A stretch of 64,000 nt of DNA from Candidatus Lambdaproteobacteria bacterium RIFOXYD2_FULL_50_16 (GTDB lineage Bacteria; SAR324; XYD2-FULL-50-16). The first letter of the stretch is position 1. Each line of letters begins with the position of its first letter. Below the pieces are notes generated by a model. It saw nothing but the letters and a program-made list of their open reading frames with translations. It did not search any database and was not told where the DNA came from. The DNA is taken from assembly GCA_001783695.1 (NCBI GenBank), contig MFNE01000046.1, positions 30,143-94,142 of the forward strand. Direction: 5' to 3'. Shown piece by piece: positions 30,237-42,026 of this stretch. Made by a program: the position numbers and the translations under genes.

Positions 30237-30856
30237 TTGAGCAACCTCCCTTCGATGTCTTTCATGGCGTCTTTAGTCACCACCAATTGGTCGTGGCGGA
30301 GCGCCTCGTAAACGTTTAAGCCAGACAAATGGGTTACCGTCAGCTGTTGTAAGTTGCGGCTTGCCAACGTGAAGTTGCGATCCTCTTCTTTAAAAACCAC
30401 TAAGGCTTTAGTGATCTTCATCGCGTCCAAGATCCGAGTCAGGTCCTTGGTTTTGGGTCCGTCGAGCTTCAGGTTGTCCACGACTACTAATTTGCCTTGG
30501 CGAATCTTTTCCGAAATCACCGAGCACAAAGCTTTCTTTTTGACTTGCTTGTTGATTTTGATCGAGTGGTCACGAACCACAGGTCCAAAAACAATCCCCC
30601 CGTGTCGCCGATGAGGAGCCTTCACGTCGCCTTGGCGAGCGTTACCGGTCCCTTTTTGGCGGAACAGTTTGCGAGTCGAACCCGCGACTTCAGCGCGAGT
30701 TTTGACTTTGTGGTTGCCCGAGCGCTGTTTGGCCAAGACCTCTACCACGGCGTCCTTGATCACAAAGGGATTCAAGGGAGCCTGGGCGACTTGATCAGCA
30801 ATTTCTAGGTTGCCAGCGTCCTGATTTTTAAGATTTACTACGTTAATAACAGCCAT
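30233..30856 (-). CDS. rplD: 50S ribosomal protein L4
   Basis: 207 aa. RKLFRQKGTGNARQGDVKAPHRRHGGIVFGP. Confidence 0.93.
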   Translation of the reverse strand: MAVINVVNLKNQDAGNLEIADQVAQAPLNPFVIKDAVVEVLAKQRSGNHKVKTRAEVAGSTRKLFRQKGTGNARQGDVKAPHRRHGGIVFGPVVRDHSIKINKQVKKKALCSVISEKIRQGKLVVVDNLKLDGPKTKDLTRILDAMKITKALVVFKEEDRNFTLASRNLQQLTVTHLSGLNVYEALRHDQLVVTKDAMKDIEGRLLK

Positions 30857-30875
30857 TGCCGTCCTTACTCGCTAA

Positions 30876-31184
30876 CTACTTAAGTTTGATATCCACTTGC
30901 ACGCCAGCCGAAACATCTAGTTTCATTAACGAATCCATCGTCTGGGCGGTCGTGTTGGTGATATAAAGCAAACGTTTATGGGTATGAATCTTAAATTGTT
31001 CGCGGCTCTTCTTATCCACGTGAGGGGAACGAAGGACGCAGAACGATTGCCTCTTGGTCGGCAAGGGGATAGGGCCCACTACTTGAGCCCCAGTCCGCTT
31101 GACAATCGAGACGATCTCTTTGACAGCTTTGTCCAGTTGGTCTGGATCGAAAGCCTTAAAATTTACTCGGATCTTCTCGGTCAT
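30876..31184 (-). CDS. rpsJ: 30S ribosomal protein S10
   Basis: [21 protein letters not shown]...[17 protein letters not shown] place the start at the ATG at 31184. Only 19 nt separate it from rplD, so there is no room for rplC. Confidence 0.9.
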   Translation of the reverse strand: MTEKIRVNFKAFDPDQLDKAVKEIVSIVKRTGAQVVGPIPLPTKRQSFCVLRSPHVDKKSREQFKIHTHKRLLYITNTTAQTMDSLMKLDVSAGVQVDIKLK

Positions 31185-31188
31185 AACC

Positions 31189-32388
31189 TTACTCGATGAT
31201 CTGGGAAACGGTCCCCGCACCTACGGTACGTCCGCCTTCGCGAATTGCGAAGCGTTGGCCCGGCTGCATGGCGATCGAGTTAATCAACTGTACGGTCATG
31301 GTCACCCGGTCCCCAGGCATTACCATCTCGATGCCCGCGGGCAGTTCGATGGTGCCGGTTACGTCGGTGGTCCTAAAGTAGAACTGTGGCCGATAGTTGC
31401 TGAAAAACGGGGTATGGCGACCACCTTCTTCCTTGCTAAGTACGTAAACTTCAGCAGTAAATTTGGTGTGCGGAGTAATCGAGCCGACCTTACAGATAAC
31501 TTGGCCCCGTTCGATATCTTCGCGCTTGGTGCCCCGAAGAAGAATCCCTACGTTGTCGCCCGCTTGGCCTTGATCTAAGAGCTTGCGGAACATCTCAACG
31601 CCAGTAACGGTAGTTTTTTGGGTAGCGCGAATCCCTACGATCTCAACTTCCTGGCCAACCTTAACGATCCCTTGATCAATCCGGCCAGTGGCTACGGTAC
31701 CACGACCAGAAATCGAGAATACGTCTTCAACAGCCATCATAAAGTCTTTATCGATCTCGCGAACCGGATCGGGAATGAAGCTGTCGATGGCGGCAATTAA
31801 GTCGATCATCGGCTTGTATTCAGGAGCATTGGGGTCGGTCGAGGTTGACTCAGCAGCGTTAAGAGCAGAGCCCTTAATAATCGGAGTCTCGTCGCCAGGG
31901 AAATCGTAATACGAAAGCAATTCGCGGATTTCCATTTCTACTAATTCCAAAAGTTCCTCGTCGTCCACCTGATCTACTTTGTTCAGGAACACTACAATAT
32001 AAGGAACGCCAACCTGCTTAGCCAAAAGGATGTGTTCGCGGGTCTGGGGCATCGGGCCATCGGCAGCCGATACAACCAAGATCGCGCCGTCCATTTGAGC
32101 CGCACCGGTAATCATGTTTTTTACATAGTCAGCGTGGCCGGGGCAGTCAACGTGGGCATAATGCCTAGTTGCCGACTCATACTCTACGTGAGCAGTAGCG
32201 ATGGTGATACCGCGTTCGCGCTCTTCTGGAGCTGCGTCGATATCGCCGTAAGCTTTGGCTTCCGCTCGCCCTAGGAAAGAGCTGACCTTGGTAATCATCG
32301 CAGTCAGGGTAGTCTTGCCATGGTCCACGTGGCCGATGGTCCCCACGTTAACGTGGGTTTTATTTCGTTTGAAGGTTTCCTTAGCCAT
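31189..32388 (-). CDS. tuf: Elongation factor Tu
   Basis: 399 aa. [10 protein letters not shown] and DCPGHADY motifs. Confidence 0.97.
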   Translation of the reverse strand: MAKETFKRNKTHVNVGTIGHVDHGKTTLTAMITKVSSFLGRAEAKAYGDIDAAPEERERGITIATAHVEYESATRHYAHVDCPGHADYVKNMITGAAQMDGAILVVSAADGPMPQTREHILLAKQVGVPYIVVFLNKVDQVDDEELLELVEMEIRELLSYYDFPGDETPIIKGSALNAAESTSTDPNAPEYKPMIDLIAAIDSFIPDPVREIDKDFMMAVEDVFSISGRGTVATGRIDQGIVKVGQEVEIVGIRATQKTTVTGVEMFRKLLDQGQAGDNVGILLRGTKREDIERGQVICKVGSITPHTKFTAEVYVLSKEEGGRHTPFFSNYRPQFYFRTTDVTGTIELPAGIEMVMPGDRVTMTVQLINSIAMQPGQRFAIREGGRTVGAGTVSQIIE

Positions 32389-32448
32389 CTTCTTCTTCTC
32401 TCTGGTTAATCCTTAAATGAGCTAAAAACGCTCAACCAAAATAATCGG

Positions 32449-34506
32449 TTACGAAACAACTTTTTCATACCGATCAAACATCATGGAAAATGTAGCACGC
32501 CCCTGACTTAAGGAACGTAAGCTGGTAAGATATCCAAACATTGTGGATAATGCAACCCCTACGTGGATAACTTGCACAGTTTTTTTATCTTCGATGCTTT
32601 GAACCCTTCCTTTACGGGCGTTCAAGTCGCCGATGATGTCCCCCATGAACTCAGGTGGGGTGGTGACCTCAACCTTCATGATGGGCTCCAGCTGGGTGGG
32701 TGTTCCGGCCAGCAAGGCCTTACGCAGAGCCAATCCAGCAGCAATTTTAAAGGCCTGGGGGTTAAAGGCGTCTTCCCTTATATCCAAGCTACTAATTCGA
32801 GCGACCAAGTTAATCACCGGGTATCCGGCGAGTACGCCCGAAGCTAATCCTTCCTCTAACCCTTCTTTTAATAAGGGCGCCAGCTGGATTTCCAAGGGAG
32901 TTCCCGCGCTTACCTCAACGCGGTTGGCTTCTCCAGGGCCTAAAGGCTCTAGTTCCACCTCTACCTTGGCCCATGTGGGCTTGCCCAAGAGGGGCTTATC
33001 GAAAATCTCGCTGGCCTTGATTCGGTTTAACACCGTCTCGCGGTAGGCCACCTGGGGCTTTCCCGTATTTACGGAAAGCTTGAACTCTCGATTTAAGCGG
33101 TCAACTAATATATCTAAGTGTAACTCCCCCATGCCTGAAACCAAAATTTGCCCGGTTTCTGGGTCTCGGCCTACCGAGACGCTGGGGTCTTCTTTTTCTA
33201 ACTTGGCCAAGGCCTCATTTAGTTTATCCTGATCGGCCTTGGTTTTAGGCTCGATGGCGATGGATATAACCGGGATGGGCAGGGAGATCTTCTCTAAGAG
33301 GATCTCTTCATTTTTTCTGGCTAAGGTGTCACCAGTGGTGCTGAAGTTAAGCCCCACCACCGCCACGATATCCCCGGCTTGAGCTAGATCAATCTCTTCA
33401 CGCTTGTTGGCGTGCATTTGAAAGATCTTGCCAATCCGTTCCTTCTTTTCCTTGCCTACATTATATAGTTGCTCACCAGTCTTTAAAAAACCTGAATACA
33501 CCCGAAGGTAACTCAAACTGCCGACAAACGGGTCGGACTGGATTTTAAAAACCAAAGCCGCCAAGGGTTCTTCTGCGTCCGCATGCCGGGTCAGCGGCTG
33601 GTGGGACACAGGGTCCATCCCTTGAATGGCGGATACTTCTACCGGAGAGGGCAAATAATCAACCACCCCATCCAAAAGGGGCTGAACCCCTTTATTTTTA
33701 AAGGCCGACCCAGCAAACACTGGGGTAAAACGGTTGGCTAAGGTCCCAATTCTTAGGGCCTGGCGAATTTCTTCAGGATTTAGCTCTTCGCCCTCTAGGG
33801 CCTTTTCTAAGAGTCGGTCATCCAATGCGGTTACTGCGTCAATCAGAGCTTCTCTGGCTTTTGAGGCCAACTGGGCAAGTGCTTCGGGGATAACCTCAAC
33901 CCGGTACTCACTGCCCTGATTGTCTTCGATGAAATACAAAGCCTTCATCTCGACTAGATCAATCACCCCTTCAAACCGTTCTTCTTCCCCAATGGGCAGG
34001 TTAACGGCGATGGGCTGGGTATGTAGTATCTGGGCCATTTGGTCCAATACTGACTTAAAGTCAGCCCCTACCCGGTCCATCTTGTTGACAAAAGCCAACC
34101 TGGGCACCCCATAGTGATCGGCCTGTCTCCAGACCGTTTCAGATTGGGGCTGCACCCCCGAAACGGCGCAAAACACCACCACTGCACCATCGAGAACCCT
34201 AAGGCTGCGTTCCACCTCAACGGTGAAATCGACATGCCCAGGGGTGTCGATAATATTAATCTGGTAACTGCGGTCCAGACGCTTCCAAAAACAGGTAGTT
34301 GCGGCGGCGGTTATCGTAATCCCCCGCTCCTGCTCTTGGGCCATCCAGTCCATGGTTGCAGCACCATCGTGGACTTCGCCGATTTTGTGGCTTCTGCCAG
34401 TGTAGAAGAGAATTCTCTCTGTGGTGGTCGTCTTTCCCGCATCTATATGGGCAATGATCCCAATGTTGCGGAGCTGCGAAAGCTCGGACTCACCTTTCAT
34501 GATCAA
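32449..34506 (-). CDS. fusA: Elongation factor G
   Basis: 685 aa. [20 protein letters not shown]. Confidence 0.95.
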   Translation of the reverse strand: MIMKGESELSQLRNIGIIAHIDAGKTTTTERILFYTGRSHKIGEVHDGAATMDWMAQEQERGITITAAATTCFWKRLDRSYQINIIDTPGHVDFTVEVERSLRVLDGAVVVFCAVSGVQPQSETVWRQADHYGVPRLAFVNKMDRVGADFKSVLDQMAQILHTQPIAVNLPIGEEERFEGVIDLVEMKALYFIEDNQGSEYRVEVIPEALAQLASKAREALIDAVTALDDRLLEKALEGEELNPEEIRQALRIGTLANRFTPVFAGSAFKNKGVQPLLDGVVDYLPSPVEVSAIQGMDPVSHQPLTRHADAEEPLAALVFKIQSDPFVGSLSYLRVYSGFLKTGEQLYNVGKEKKERIGKIFQMHANKREEIDLAQAGDIVAVVGLNFSTTGDTLARKNEEILLEKISLPIPVISIAIEPKTKADQDKLNEALAKLEKEDPSVSVGRDPETGQILVSGMGELHLDILVDRLNREFKLSVNTGKPQVAYRETVLNRIKASEIFDKPLLGKPTWAKVEVELEPLGPGEANRVEVSAGTPLEIQLAPLLKEGLEEGLASGVLAGYPVINLVARISSLDIREDAFNPQAFKIAAGLALRKALLAGTPTQLEPIMKVEVTTPPEFMGDIIGDLNARKGRVQSIEDKKTVQVIHVGVALSTMFGYLTSLRSLSQGRATFSMMFDRYEKVVS

Positions 34507-34515
34507 AAAGTGGAA

Positions 34516-34983
34516 TTACCACATATAGTGAGCAAAAGCCCTGTTGGCTTCGGCCATTTTATGGGTATCCTCTTTCTTTTTAACCGCGGCGCCCCGTCCT
34601 TGGAAAGCGTCGTTTAGTTCAGCAGCCAAATTGGCAGACATGGATTTTTCGTTCCTTGCCCGAGCTGCGTCAATAGTCCAGCGAATGGCCAAAGCCAAGC
34701 GCCGGTCATCGCGCACTTCCACCGGAATCTGATAGGTCGAACCACCCACACGGCGGCTGCGGACTTCCAAAGTCGGCTGGACGTTTTTAATCGCCTCGTA
34801 AAACACATCAATTCCCTTGCGGTCATCGGTGGTTAAAGACTCTAAGGCAGAATAAATAATCCGTTCGGCGGTGGACTTCTTGCCGCCGCGCATTAGGCAG
34901 TTAACAAACTTGGCCACAGAGTGGCTTTTGTATTTCGAATCCTGTTCGATTTGCCGTTTTTCGGCGTGGTGTCGTCTGGACAT
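34516..34983 (-). CDS. rpsG: 30S ribosomal protein S7
   Basis: 155 aa with S7 pattern. Confidence 0.93.
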   Translation of the reverse strand: MSRRHHAEKRQIEQDSKYKSHSVAKFVNCLMRGGKKSTAERIIYSALESLTTDDRKGIDVFYEAIKNVQPTLEVRSRRVGGSTYQIPVEVRDDRRLALAIRWTIDAARARNEKSMSANLAAELNDAFQGRGAAVKKKEDTHKMAEANRAFAHYMW

Positions 34984-34986
34984 GGA

Positions 34987-35355
34987 TTATCCTTTTTTGG
35001 CGCCGTATTTCGAGCGCCCCTGCTTTCGGTTGTTGACGCCCTGAGCATCCAGGGTACCGCGGATGATGTGATAGCGAACACCAGGTAAGTCTTTAACCCG
35101 GCCACCACGGATCATTACGACCGAGTGTTCTTGCAGGTTGTGTCCGACACCTGGGATGTAAGAGGTCACCTCAAAGCCATTGCTTAAGCGAACCCTGGCC
35201 ACTTTCCGCAAAGCCGAGTTAGGCTTCTTGGGGGTAGTGGTGTAAACGCGGGTGCAAACACCACGGCGTTGCGGGCAAGCCTGCAAAGCAGGTACCTTGT
35301 TTTTATCAATGATCTTTTTACGGCCCTTTCGGACTAATTGATTCAGCGTAGGCAT
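34987..35355 (-). CDS. rpsL: 30S ribosomal protein S12
   Basis: [12 protein letters not shown]... Confidence 0.95.
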   Translation of the reverse strand: MPTLNQLVRKGRKKIIDKNKVPALQACPQRRGVCTRVYTTTPKKPNSALRKVARVRLSNGFEVTSYIPGVGHNLQEHSVVMIRGGRVKDLPGVRYHIIRGTLDAQGVNNRKQGRSKYGAKKG

Positions 35356-35622
35356 TGGCCTTTTTTGACAAGTATTTCTCGGGTAAACCCCATAGTTTTC
35401 CCGGACTATAGCCGGGCTTCTGTGCGAAGTGATCTAGGGAACCTAGCAAAGGGCTTTTTTGATGGCAAGCACTTTTTTTATTTATGCCTTTTTTTTATGT
35501 GCTCCGCCTGTTTAGAAGGCCTAAGCCAAAGGTTATTAAATATTTAAACCTTTTCTCCTTCGCAAAAGAAAAAATATCCCTTATATATAGGTCTAACTTT
35601 TTACCAGTCCTTTGAGGTGACC

Positions 35623-36462
35623 ATGGAATACCTGATTCTGGAACAGCGAAACTCCAAGAAGTCAAAATTACCCGCCCAACTCGATATGATGCAAAGCCTG
35701 ACAGGGCTTGCCTTGGGGGCCTTTATTATGGCCCATATCTTGTTTGTTTCGGCGATTTTGGCTGGCCCAGCCGCTGCCTACTGGGTGGACAAAATGCTCG
35801 AAGCCAGCTTTTTGGACCCTACCGGCCATGGCTATCCCGCCCTGACCAGTTTGGCGGCCTTTGTTATCTTGGTTACCTTTGTGATCCACGCGGCTTTGGC
35901 GGTGCGAAAATTTCCGGCCAGTTGGAAACGCTACCGTATCTTAAAGGATCAGATCGATCATCTCAAACACGACGAGACTCACCTTTGGTGGTATCAAGTG
36001 CAGACGGGCTTTATCCTCTTTTTTGCCGGATCGGCCCATGTAATCAGTATGATGTTTAACCCTGGCCAGATCGGTCCTTTCCAGGCAGCCCAGCGGTATT
36101 ATACTCATCATATGTGGATCTTTTATTTGATCCTACTTTGGGCAGTGGTGATCCATGCTTCGATTGGTATTTATCGGGCCTTGGTGAAGTGGGGCTGGCT
36201 TCCTGGCGACGTACGTCGATCCAGAAAGGTCGCCCAGACCCTAAGAAGAATATTTGCGGTATTGTACCTTATAATCGGCAGCTTGAGTATTATCTTCTTT
36301 GTTCGCCTAGGAATGCGATTGGGCGATGAACCCATACGGTTTGAACCCTTCATGCAGTTCCATCACCAGCTGATGGAAAAACAGATGCATCACCCAATGC
36401 CAGAAGAAGCAATGCCCCTACCCGAGGGTTCGGAGATGCCCATGCCCAGCCAACATCCCTAA
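35623..36462 (+). CDS. frdC: Succinate:quinone oxidoreductase / fumarate reductase diheme cytochrome b subunit (type B, Wolinella FrdC-like)
   Basis: KKSKLPAQLDMMQSLTGLALGAFIMAHILFVSAILAG resembles Wolinella FrdC. Five predicted TM helices with conserved His. I place the start at the ATG at 35623, after a GAGGTG ribosome-binding site (the track's GTG start is at 35617). Confidence 0.8.
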   Translation: MEYLILEQRNSKKSKLPAQLDMMQSLTGLALGAFIMAHILFVSAILAGPAAAYWVDKMLEASFLDPTGHGYPALTSLAAFVILVTFVIHAALAVRKFPASWKRYRILKDQIDHLKHDETHLWWYQVQTGFILFFAGSAHVISMMFNPGQIGPFQAAQRYYTHHMWIFYLILLWAVVIHASIGIYRALVKWGWLPGDVRRSRKVAQTLRRIFAVLYLIIGSLSIIFFVRLGMRLGDEPIRFEPFMQFHHQLMEKQMHHPMPEEAMPLPEGSEMPMPSQHP

Positions 36463-36480
36463 CCGGTCAGGAGACCCAAT

Positions 36481-38445
36481 ATGAAGATTATCTATACAGA
36501 TCATTTGGTTATCGGTGGGGGTTTGGCCGGACTAAGGACCGCTATCGCTACTAAAGAGCGGGGTTTAGAGACCATCGTTATTAGCTTAGTGCCCGCCAAA
36601 AGGAGCCATTCAGCCGCCGCCCAAGGGGGCATGCAGGCTAGCTTGGGCAGCACGGTAATGGGCTACGGTGACGATGAAGACGTGCATTTCGGTGACACTG
36701 TGCGGGGCTCAGACTGGGCCTGCGACCAAGAGGTGGCCCGGATGTTTGTTAATACGGCCCCCAAAGCGATTCGCCAAATGGCCCTTTGGGGGGTTCCTTG
36801 GAGCCGGGTGGAAGCCGGGGATCACCAAGCCGTAATCAACGCCAAAAAGGTGACTTTGACCGAGCGCAAAGAAGCACACGGGTTGATTACTGCCCGTGAC
36901 TTCGGAGGCACCAAAAAATGGCGGACTAACTATACCTCTGACGGAACCGGCCATTCGATGTTGTACGCCATGGACAACCGGGCGATTCAGTTAAAAATTC
37001 CGATCCATGAACGCAAAGAGGCGATTGCCCTGATCCATGAAGGGGGTCGCTGTTACGGCGCGGTGGTGCGCGACATGATCACCGGCAGATTAACCGCCTA
37101 CGTGGCTAAAGCGACCACCATCGCCACTGGCGGGTATGGAAGGCTCTACTCGGTGAGTACTAACGCCATTATTTGTGAAGGGTTAGGACAGGCGATTGCG
37201 CTAGAGACCGGGCAAGTGCCCTTAGGTAATATGGAAGCGGTCCAGTTCCACCCCACTGCCATTGTCCCGGCGGGAATCTTGGTTACCGAAGGCTGCCGAG
37301 GCGACGGAGGGTTACTTAAAGATATAGACGGGTATCGTTTTATGCCCGACTACGAGCCAGATAAAAAAGAGCTCGCTAGCCGCGATGTGGTCAGCCGCAG
37401 GATGACCGAACATATCCGCAAAGGCAAAGGGGTGCCTTCGCCTTATGGGCAACACCTCTGGCTGGACATCACCATTTTGGGTCGGACCCATATCGAAAAA
37501 AACCTGCGTGAGGTCCACGACATTTGTAAGTATTTCCTAGGGATTGACCCATCGAGCGGTTATATCCCGGTCAGACCTACCCAGCACTACTCAATGGGCG
37601 GCATTCGCACCGACGCCAAGGGCCATGCTTACGGGATGAAAGGGTTGTTTTCCGCTGGGGAGGCGGCCTGTTGGGATCTACACGGCTTTAACCGCCTTGG
37701 AGGAAACTCGGTTGCAGAAACCGTGGTTGCTGGGATGTTGGTAGGTGAGCATGTGGCTGATTACTGCCAGAGCCATGAGATTGATATCCGTACCCAAGTG
37801 GTCGAATTTTTCTTAAAACGAGAGCAAGACAATATTGACCAACTCTTAGGCAGGGATAAAGGCGAAAACCCGTGGGATTTAAAGACCCGGATGCAAGAGA
37901 TTATGATGGAGCATGTCGGTATCTTCCGTAATGGCCCAGACCTGCAAAAAGGGGTGGACGAGTTAGAAGCGATGATGGGGCGTTGTCAAAACATTGCGGT
38001 TAAAACCAAAGCTGTTGGGGCCAATGCCGAATTGGCCGAGGCGCTTAAAGTGCCTCGCATGATCAAGCTAGCCCTATGTGTTGCCTATGGGGCGCTTCAG
38101 CGCACCGAATCCAGAGGCGCCCACGCCCGCGAGGATTATCCTGAACGGGATGATTCCAAATGGCTAAAGCGCACCCTGGCTTACTGGCGCGATGAAAAGG
38201 CTTTGTTGCCAAACTTGGAATACGAGGTTTTAGACCCGATGAAAATGGAACTTCCTCCCGGCTGGCGGGGTTATGGGAAGCACAATATCATCGACCATCC
38301 TCAAACCGCTGAACGCTTGGCTCAGGTGGATAAATTGAAGGCCGAGATTAAAGATCGCCACGAGTTACAAAAGGCGTTAATGCCCGTTGAATTACCTCCG
38401 CGTTACGATGCCAAAAACGAACGGATTTTCCGAGGGACCGACTGA
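36481..38445 (+). CDS. sdhA: Succinate dehydrogenase / fumarate reductase flavoprotein subunit
   Basis: 654 aa. FAD-binding [16 protein letters not shown] and HYSMGG motifs. Confidence 0.93.
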   Translation: MKIIYTDHLVIGGGLAGLRTAIATKERGLETIVISLVPAKRSHSAAAQGGMQASLGSTVMGYGDDEDVHFGDTVRGSDWACDQEVARMFVNTAPKAIRQMALWGVPWSRVEAGDHQAVINAKKVTLTERKEAHGLITARDFGGTKKWRTNYTSDGTGHSMLYAMDNRAIQLKIPIHERKEAIALIHEGGRCYGAVVRDMITGRLTAYVAKATTIATGGYGRLYSVSTNAIICEGLGQAIALETGQVPLGNMEAVQFHPTAIVPAGILVTEGCRGDGGLLKDIDGYRFMPDYEPDKKELASRDVVSRRMTEHIRKGKGVPSPYGQHLWLDITILGRTHIEKNLREVHDICKYFLGIDPSSGYIPVRPTQHYSMGGIRTDAKGHAYGMKGLFSAGEAACWDLHGFNRLGGNSVAETVVAGMLVGEHVADYCQSHEIDIRTQVVEFFLKREQDNIDQLLGRDKGENPWDLKTRMQEIMMEHVGIFRNGPDLQKGVDELEAMMGRCQNIAVKTKAVGANAELAEALKVPRMIKLALCVAYGALQRTESRGAHAREDYPERDDSKWLKRTLAYWRDEKALLPNLEYEVLDPMKMELPPGWRGYGKHNIIDHPQTAERLAQVDKLKAEIKDRHELQKALMPVELPPRYDAKNERIFRGTD

Positions 38446-39200
38446 TGAAATACGAAACTCAAGTACCCCAATCGTTTCGCGAGATCACCTTTAAGATCAT
38501 GCGTTATAATCCTCATCTGCCTGGAGACCAAGCGCGGATTCAGGAATATAAGCTGACCGAGGCCTTGGGGATGACCGTCTTTATCGCGCTAAACATGATT
38601 CGGGAAAACCAAGACCCGACTTTGCAATTCGATTTTGTTTGTCGAGCCGGGATTTGTGGTAGTTGCGCAATGATGATCAACGGCGAACCAAAGCTGGCCT
38701 GCCGCACCTTGACGGCCACTTACGAAAACGGCGTGATTACCTTGATGCCCATGCCCACCTTCGAACTGATTGCCGATTTGTCGGTGAACACCGGGGCGGC
38801 CATGCGGCGGATGTCGGAACGGATTGAGGGTTGGATCCATGATCCCCATCAAGACGAGCGTGACATTGCCAAGTTGGAAGAACCGATGGACCCGGCTCTT
38901 GCCGAGCATATTTACGAGTTTGAACGCTGTATTGAATGTGGGGCCTGCATGGCTGCCTGCGCTACCCGCCGGTTGCGTAAGGAGTTTTTAGGCGCTGCCG
39001 GGTTTATGCGGATCGCCCGCTTCGAGGCCGATCCCCGGGACAAACGTTCGCCAGAGGAATATTATGATCTGGTTGGTGACGAAGAAGGGGTCTTTGGATG
39101 TATGACCTTGCTTGGTTGCGAGGATTTTTGCCCTAAAGAACTCCCCCATCAAGAGCAAATCGCCCGCTTGCGTCGCAAGATGGTGGCTACTGCCCGATAA
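38445..39200 (+). CDS. sdhB: Succinate dehydrogenase / fumarate reductase iron-sulfur subunit
   Basis: 251 aa. CRAGICGSCAM and CIECGACMAAC cysteine clusters. Confidence 0.92.
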   Translation: MKYETQVPQSFREITFKIMRYNPHLPGDQARIQEYKLTEALGMTVFIALNMIRENQDPTLQFDFVCRAGICGSCAMMINGEPKLACRTLTATYENGVITLMPMPTFELIADLSVNTGAAMRRMSERIEGWIHDPHQDERDIAKLEEPMDPALAEHIYEFERCIECGACMAACATRRLRKEFLGAAGFMRIARFEADPRDKRSPEEYYDLVGDEEGVFGCMTLLGCEDFCPKELPHQEQIARLRRKMVATAR

Positions 39201-39240
39201 AACAGTCAAATCCGGGCCCCTTTAGGGCCCGGCGTGTCTT

Positions 39241-40104
39241 ATGCCGTTGATCCGTTTCATGCTTTATTCTGAGATATCTGTTGCCCTTTGCGCCTTGGGT
39301 TTAGGGGCGCTTGGGCAACTTATGTTAAAATCGCAAGTGGACTGGGCTATATTGGGCTTGATCTCCTCGACAACCTTTCTTTTTTATACAGCCGAACGAA
39401 ACCTCACCCGGCCCGAACCTGAGCAAGCGATTTTCCCAGAAAAAAGCCGCTGGTTGGCGGATCACCGGGGGATTAACCTGGGATTGTTGTTGGGCGGAGC
39501 TCTGTTTTCTATCGCCTTGACCCCGCGCCTCTCTTTTTCCAATCTCTTGGGTTTAGGTGGCTTCGGAGTCTTTGCCGTCTGCTATTCGATTATCCCCTTT
39601 CCAAGGTCTGTACCGGGCCAACCGCCCTTGGGACTTAAACGGTTTTCCTGGTTAAAGTCCTTCTCGATGGTGCTGGTTTGGACCTATATGACGTTATTGC
39701 TCCCTGCCCTAGAAATCGGAAATTTTTTGAGGGCGGAACTGCTGGTTTTAGGTTTAATCTGGGTGGGCTGGATATTTGGCAATAGCCTACTTTTCGATAT
39801 TCGCGACTTAGAGGTGGACCGCTTGCAAGGCTGTTTGACCTTGGCGGCCAAGCTTGGGCGAAGAAAGGCGCACCAGCTGATTTACTTTTTAGGATTTTTC
39901 GAGCTTGCCTTGATCCTTGTGTATGGGCAACTCTTTAACGAACCTTGGTCTTGGGTGATGATGTTTACCAGTTTGGCCTTTTTGGTTTTCAATCGTTTGA
40001 GTGAAAAACGGGAAACCTTGGGGCTGGGATTTTACACCCTCGCTGATCTGACCTTGATCCTGCCCACTTTGGTGTTGGGCCTCCAATATTATTCGAGTCT
40101 TTAG
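39241..40104 (+). CDS. Polytopic membrane protein, possibly UbiA-superfamily prenyltransferase-like
   Basis: 287 aa with ~8 TM segments. [22 protein letters not shown] resembles the second Asp-rich motif of UbiA enzymes. No clear first NDxxDxxxD motif is present. Confidence 0.3.
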   Translation: MPLIRFMLYSEISVALCALGLGALGQLMLKSQVDWAILGLISSTTFLFYTAERNLTRPEPEQAIFPEKSRWLADHRGINLGLLLGGALFSIALTPRLSFSNLLGLGGFGVFAVCYSIIPFPRSVPGQPPLGLKRFSWLKSFSMVLVWTYMTLLLPALEIGNFLRAELLVLGLIWVGWIFGNSLLFDIRDLEVDRLQGCLTLAAKLGRRKAHQLIYFLGFFELALILVYGQLFNEPWSWVMMFTSLAFLVFNRLSEKRETLGLGFYTLADLTLILPTLVLGLQYYSSL

Positions 40105-40106
40105 GT

Positions 40107-41387
40107 ATGGAAAAGTTTATTGTCAAAGGGGGCAACCGCCTTTCTGGCCACATCGAACCGGCGGGCAACAAAAACGAGGCACTGCCGGTATTGGCTGCGG
40201 TTCTTTTAACAGAAAAGCCGGTCACCATCCACAACCTGCCCCATATTGGCGATATCTCTAAAATGAAGGAGATATTAGAAAGCTTGGGGGTGGCCATTCG
40301 CCATTTAGGGGGCGGGAGTTACCAGTTTGACGCCCACAATCTCAACAGTCCTGAACCGGATCCAGAACTCTCCAAAGCTATTCGGGGCAGTTTCCTACTG
40401 GCCGCACCCTTAGCCATTCGATTTGGCCATACTAAGATCTATGAGCCTGGAGGTGATTCAATTGGCAAGAGGCGGTTAGACACCCATGTTCATGCGCTTG
40501 AGCAGTTGGGGCTTAAATTCTCAAGGCGGCAGGGTTATTATAGCGTAAAAAACAACGGGTTAAATGGGGTTGATTTGCTGCTCGATGAAGCAAGCGTAAT
40601 GGCCACCGAGCATTTGATCATGGCTGCGGTTTTAGCCAAAGGCACCACCCGCATCTATAACGCCGCCTGCGAGCCCCATGTCCAGGGGCTTTGCGAATTT
40701 CTGGTGCGGATGGGGGCAAAAATATCGGGGATCGGCAGCAACCATATTTTGATTGAGGGCGTGGAGGCGTTAGGGGAGTGCGAGTACCGCATTCAGCCTG
40801 ACCACACCGAGGTGGGCAGTTTGATTGGCTTGGCTGCGGTGACCCATTCGGAGATCACCATCGAAAAAGCGGGTTGGCGGCAGTTGGGGCAAATCTTGTC
40901 TTATTTTAGACGCTTGGGGGTTGAGGTGATCAAAAAGGGGGAGGACGACCTCTTGATCCCGGCTAAGCAAAAATTGATCATCCAAAACGATATCGACGAC
41001 AGCATCCCCAAGATCGACGACGCCCCTTGGCCCGGATTTCCGGCGGATTTGACCAGTATCATGACCATTGTCGCTACCCAGTGTAAAGGGACGGTGTTGA
41101 TCCATGAAAAATTATTTGAATCACGCCTGTTTTGGGTGGATAAGTTGATCAGTATGGGGGCCAAGATTGTGCTTTGTGATCCCCACCGGGCAGTGATAGT
41201 GGGGCCGGCGAAGTTGCGGGGCATGACCCTGTCCAGCCCCGATATCCGGGCGGGAATGGCCCTTTTGATCGCCGCCCTCTGCGCCGAGGGGACCAGCGAG
41301 ATTTATAACATCGGCCAGATAGACCGAGGTTACCAAGACATCGACCAACGGCTGCGTGCCCTTGGGGCCGAGATTCAGCGGGTTTAG
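40107..41387 (+). CDS. murA: UDP-N-acetylglucosamine 1-carboxyvinyltransferase MurA
   Basis: 426 aa. [31 protein letters not shown] is an EPSP-synthase-fold MurA N-terminus. Confidence 0.9.
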   Translation: MEKFIVKGGNRLSGHIEPAGNKNEALPVLAAVLLTEKPVTIHNLPHIGDISKMKEILESLGVAIRHLGGGSYQFDAHNLNSPEPDPELSKAIRGSFLLAAPLAIRFGHTKIYEPGGDSIGKRRLDTHVHALEQLGLKFSRRQGYYSVKNNGLNGVDLLLDEASVMATEHLIMAAVLAKGTTRIYNAACEPHVQGLCEFLVRMGAKISGIGSNHILIEGVEALGECEYRIQPDHTEVGSLIGLAAVTHSEITIEKAGWRQLGQILSYFRRLGVEVIKKGEDDLLIPAKQKLIIQNDIDDSIPKIDDAPWPGFPADLTSIMTIVATQCKGTVLIHEKLFESRLFWVDKLISMGAKIVLCDPHRAVIVGPAKLRGMTLSSPDIRAGMALLIAALCAEGTSEIYNIGQIDRGYQDIDQRLRALGAEIQRV

Positions 41388-41393
41388 CAACCG

Positions 41394-42026
41394 ATGCGCC
41401 CACCTCTAATCACCTTCGAAGGGATCGACGGCTCTGGGAAAACCACCCAAATGGGGCGGTTGAGCGAGCGGTTAAAGGCCTTGGGTCGGCCCTTTATGAC
41501 TACTCGCGAGCCCGGAGCGACCGATATTGGCCGTCAGATTCGGCAAATTTTGTTAGACCCGAAAAACCGGGCCATGCGCCCAGATGTGGAACTGCTACTC
41601 TACATGGCCGACCGAATCCAGCATTTAGAAGAACAAATTCGCCCTGCGTTAGAAAAAGGCCAATTGGTGCTTTGCGACCGTTACCACGACGCCACTTTAG
41701 CCTACCAAGGCGGAGGTCGGGGGCTGGATTTGGGTTGGCTGAAACCGCTGGAAGCCAAGCTGGTAAAGCCCTTACGGACCTATTTTATCCGCATTGACCC
41801 CGAAGAATCTCGAAGTCGGCTTGACCGACGCAACCGGGATCAAGGGATGGACAATTGCCGATTAGAAGAGGAAGACCTCGCCTTCTTTCGGGCAGTGGAC
41901 CGAGGGTATCAACAACTCGCCTTAGCAGAACCGAAACGATTTTGTATAATAGATGGTTTAGGAGAATTAGAGGCGATTGAGTGTTTGATCTGGAACGATT
42001 TGGAGCCACGCTTGGAGGCCCTGTGA
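41394..42026 (+). CDS. tmk: Thymidylate kinase
   Basis: ITFEGIDGSGKTTQ P-loop and a DRY motif. Confidence 0.9.
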   Translation: MRPPLITFEGIDGSGKTTQMGRLSERLKALGRPFMTTREPGATDIGRQIRQILLDPKNRAMRPDVELLLYMADRIQHLEEQIRPALEKGQLVLCDRYHDATLAYQGGGRGLDLGWLKPLEAKLVKPLRTYFIRIDPEESRSRLDRRNRDQGMDNCRLEEEDLAFFRAVDRGYQQLALAEPKRFCIIDGLGELEAIECLIWNDLEPRLEAL

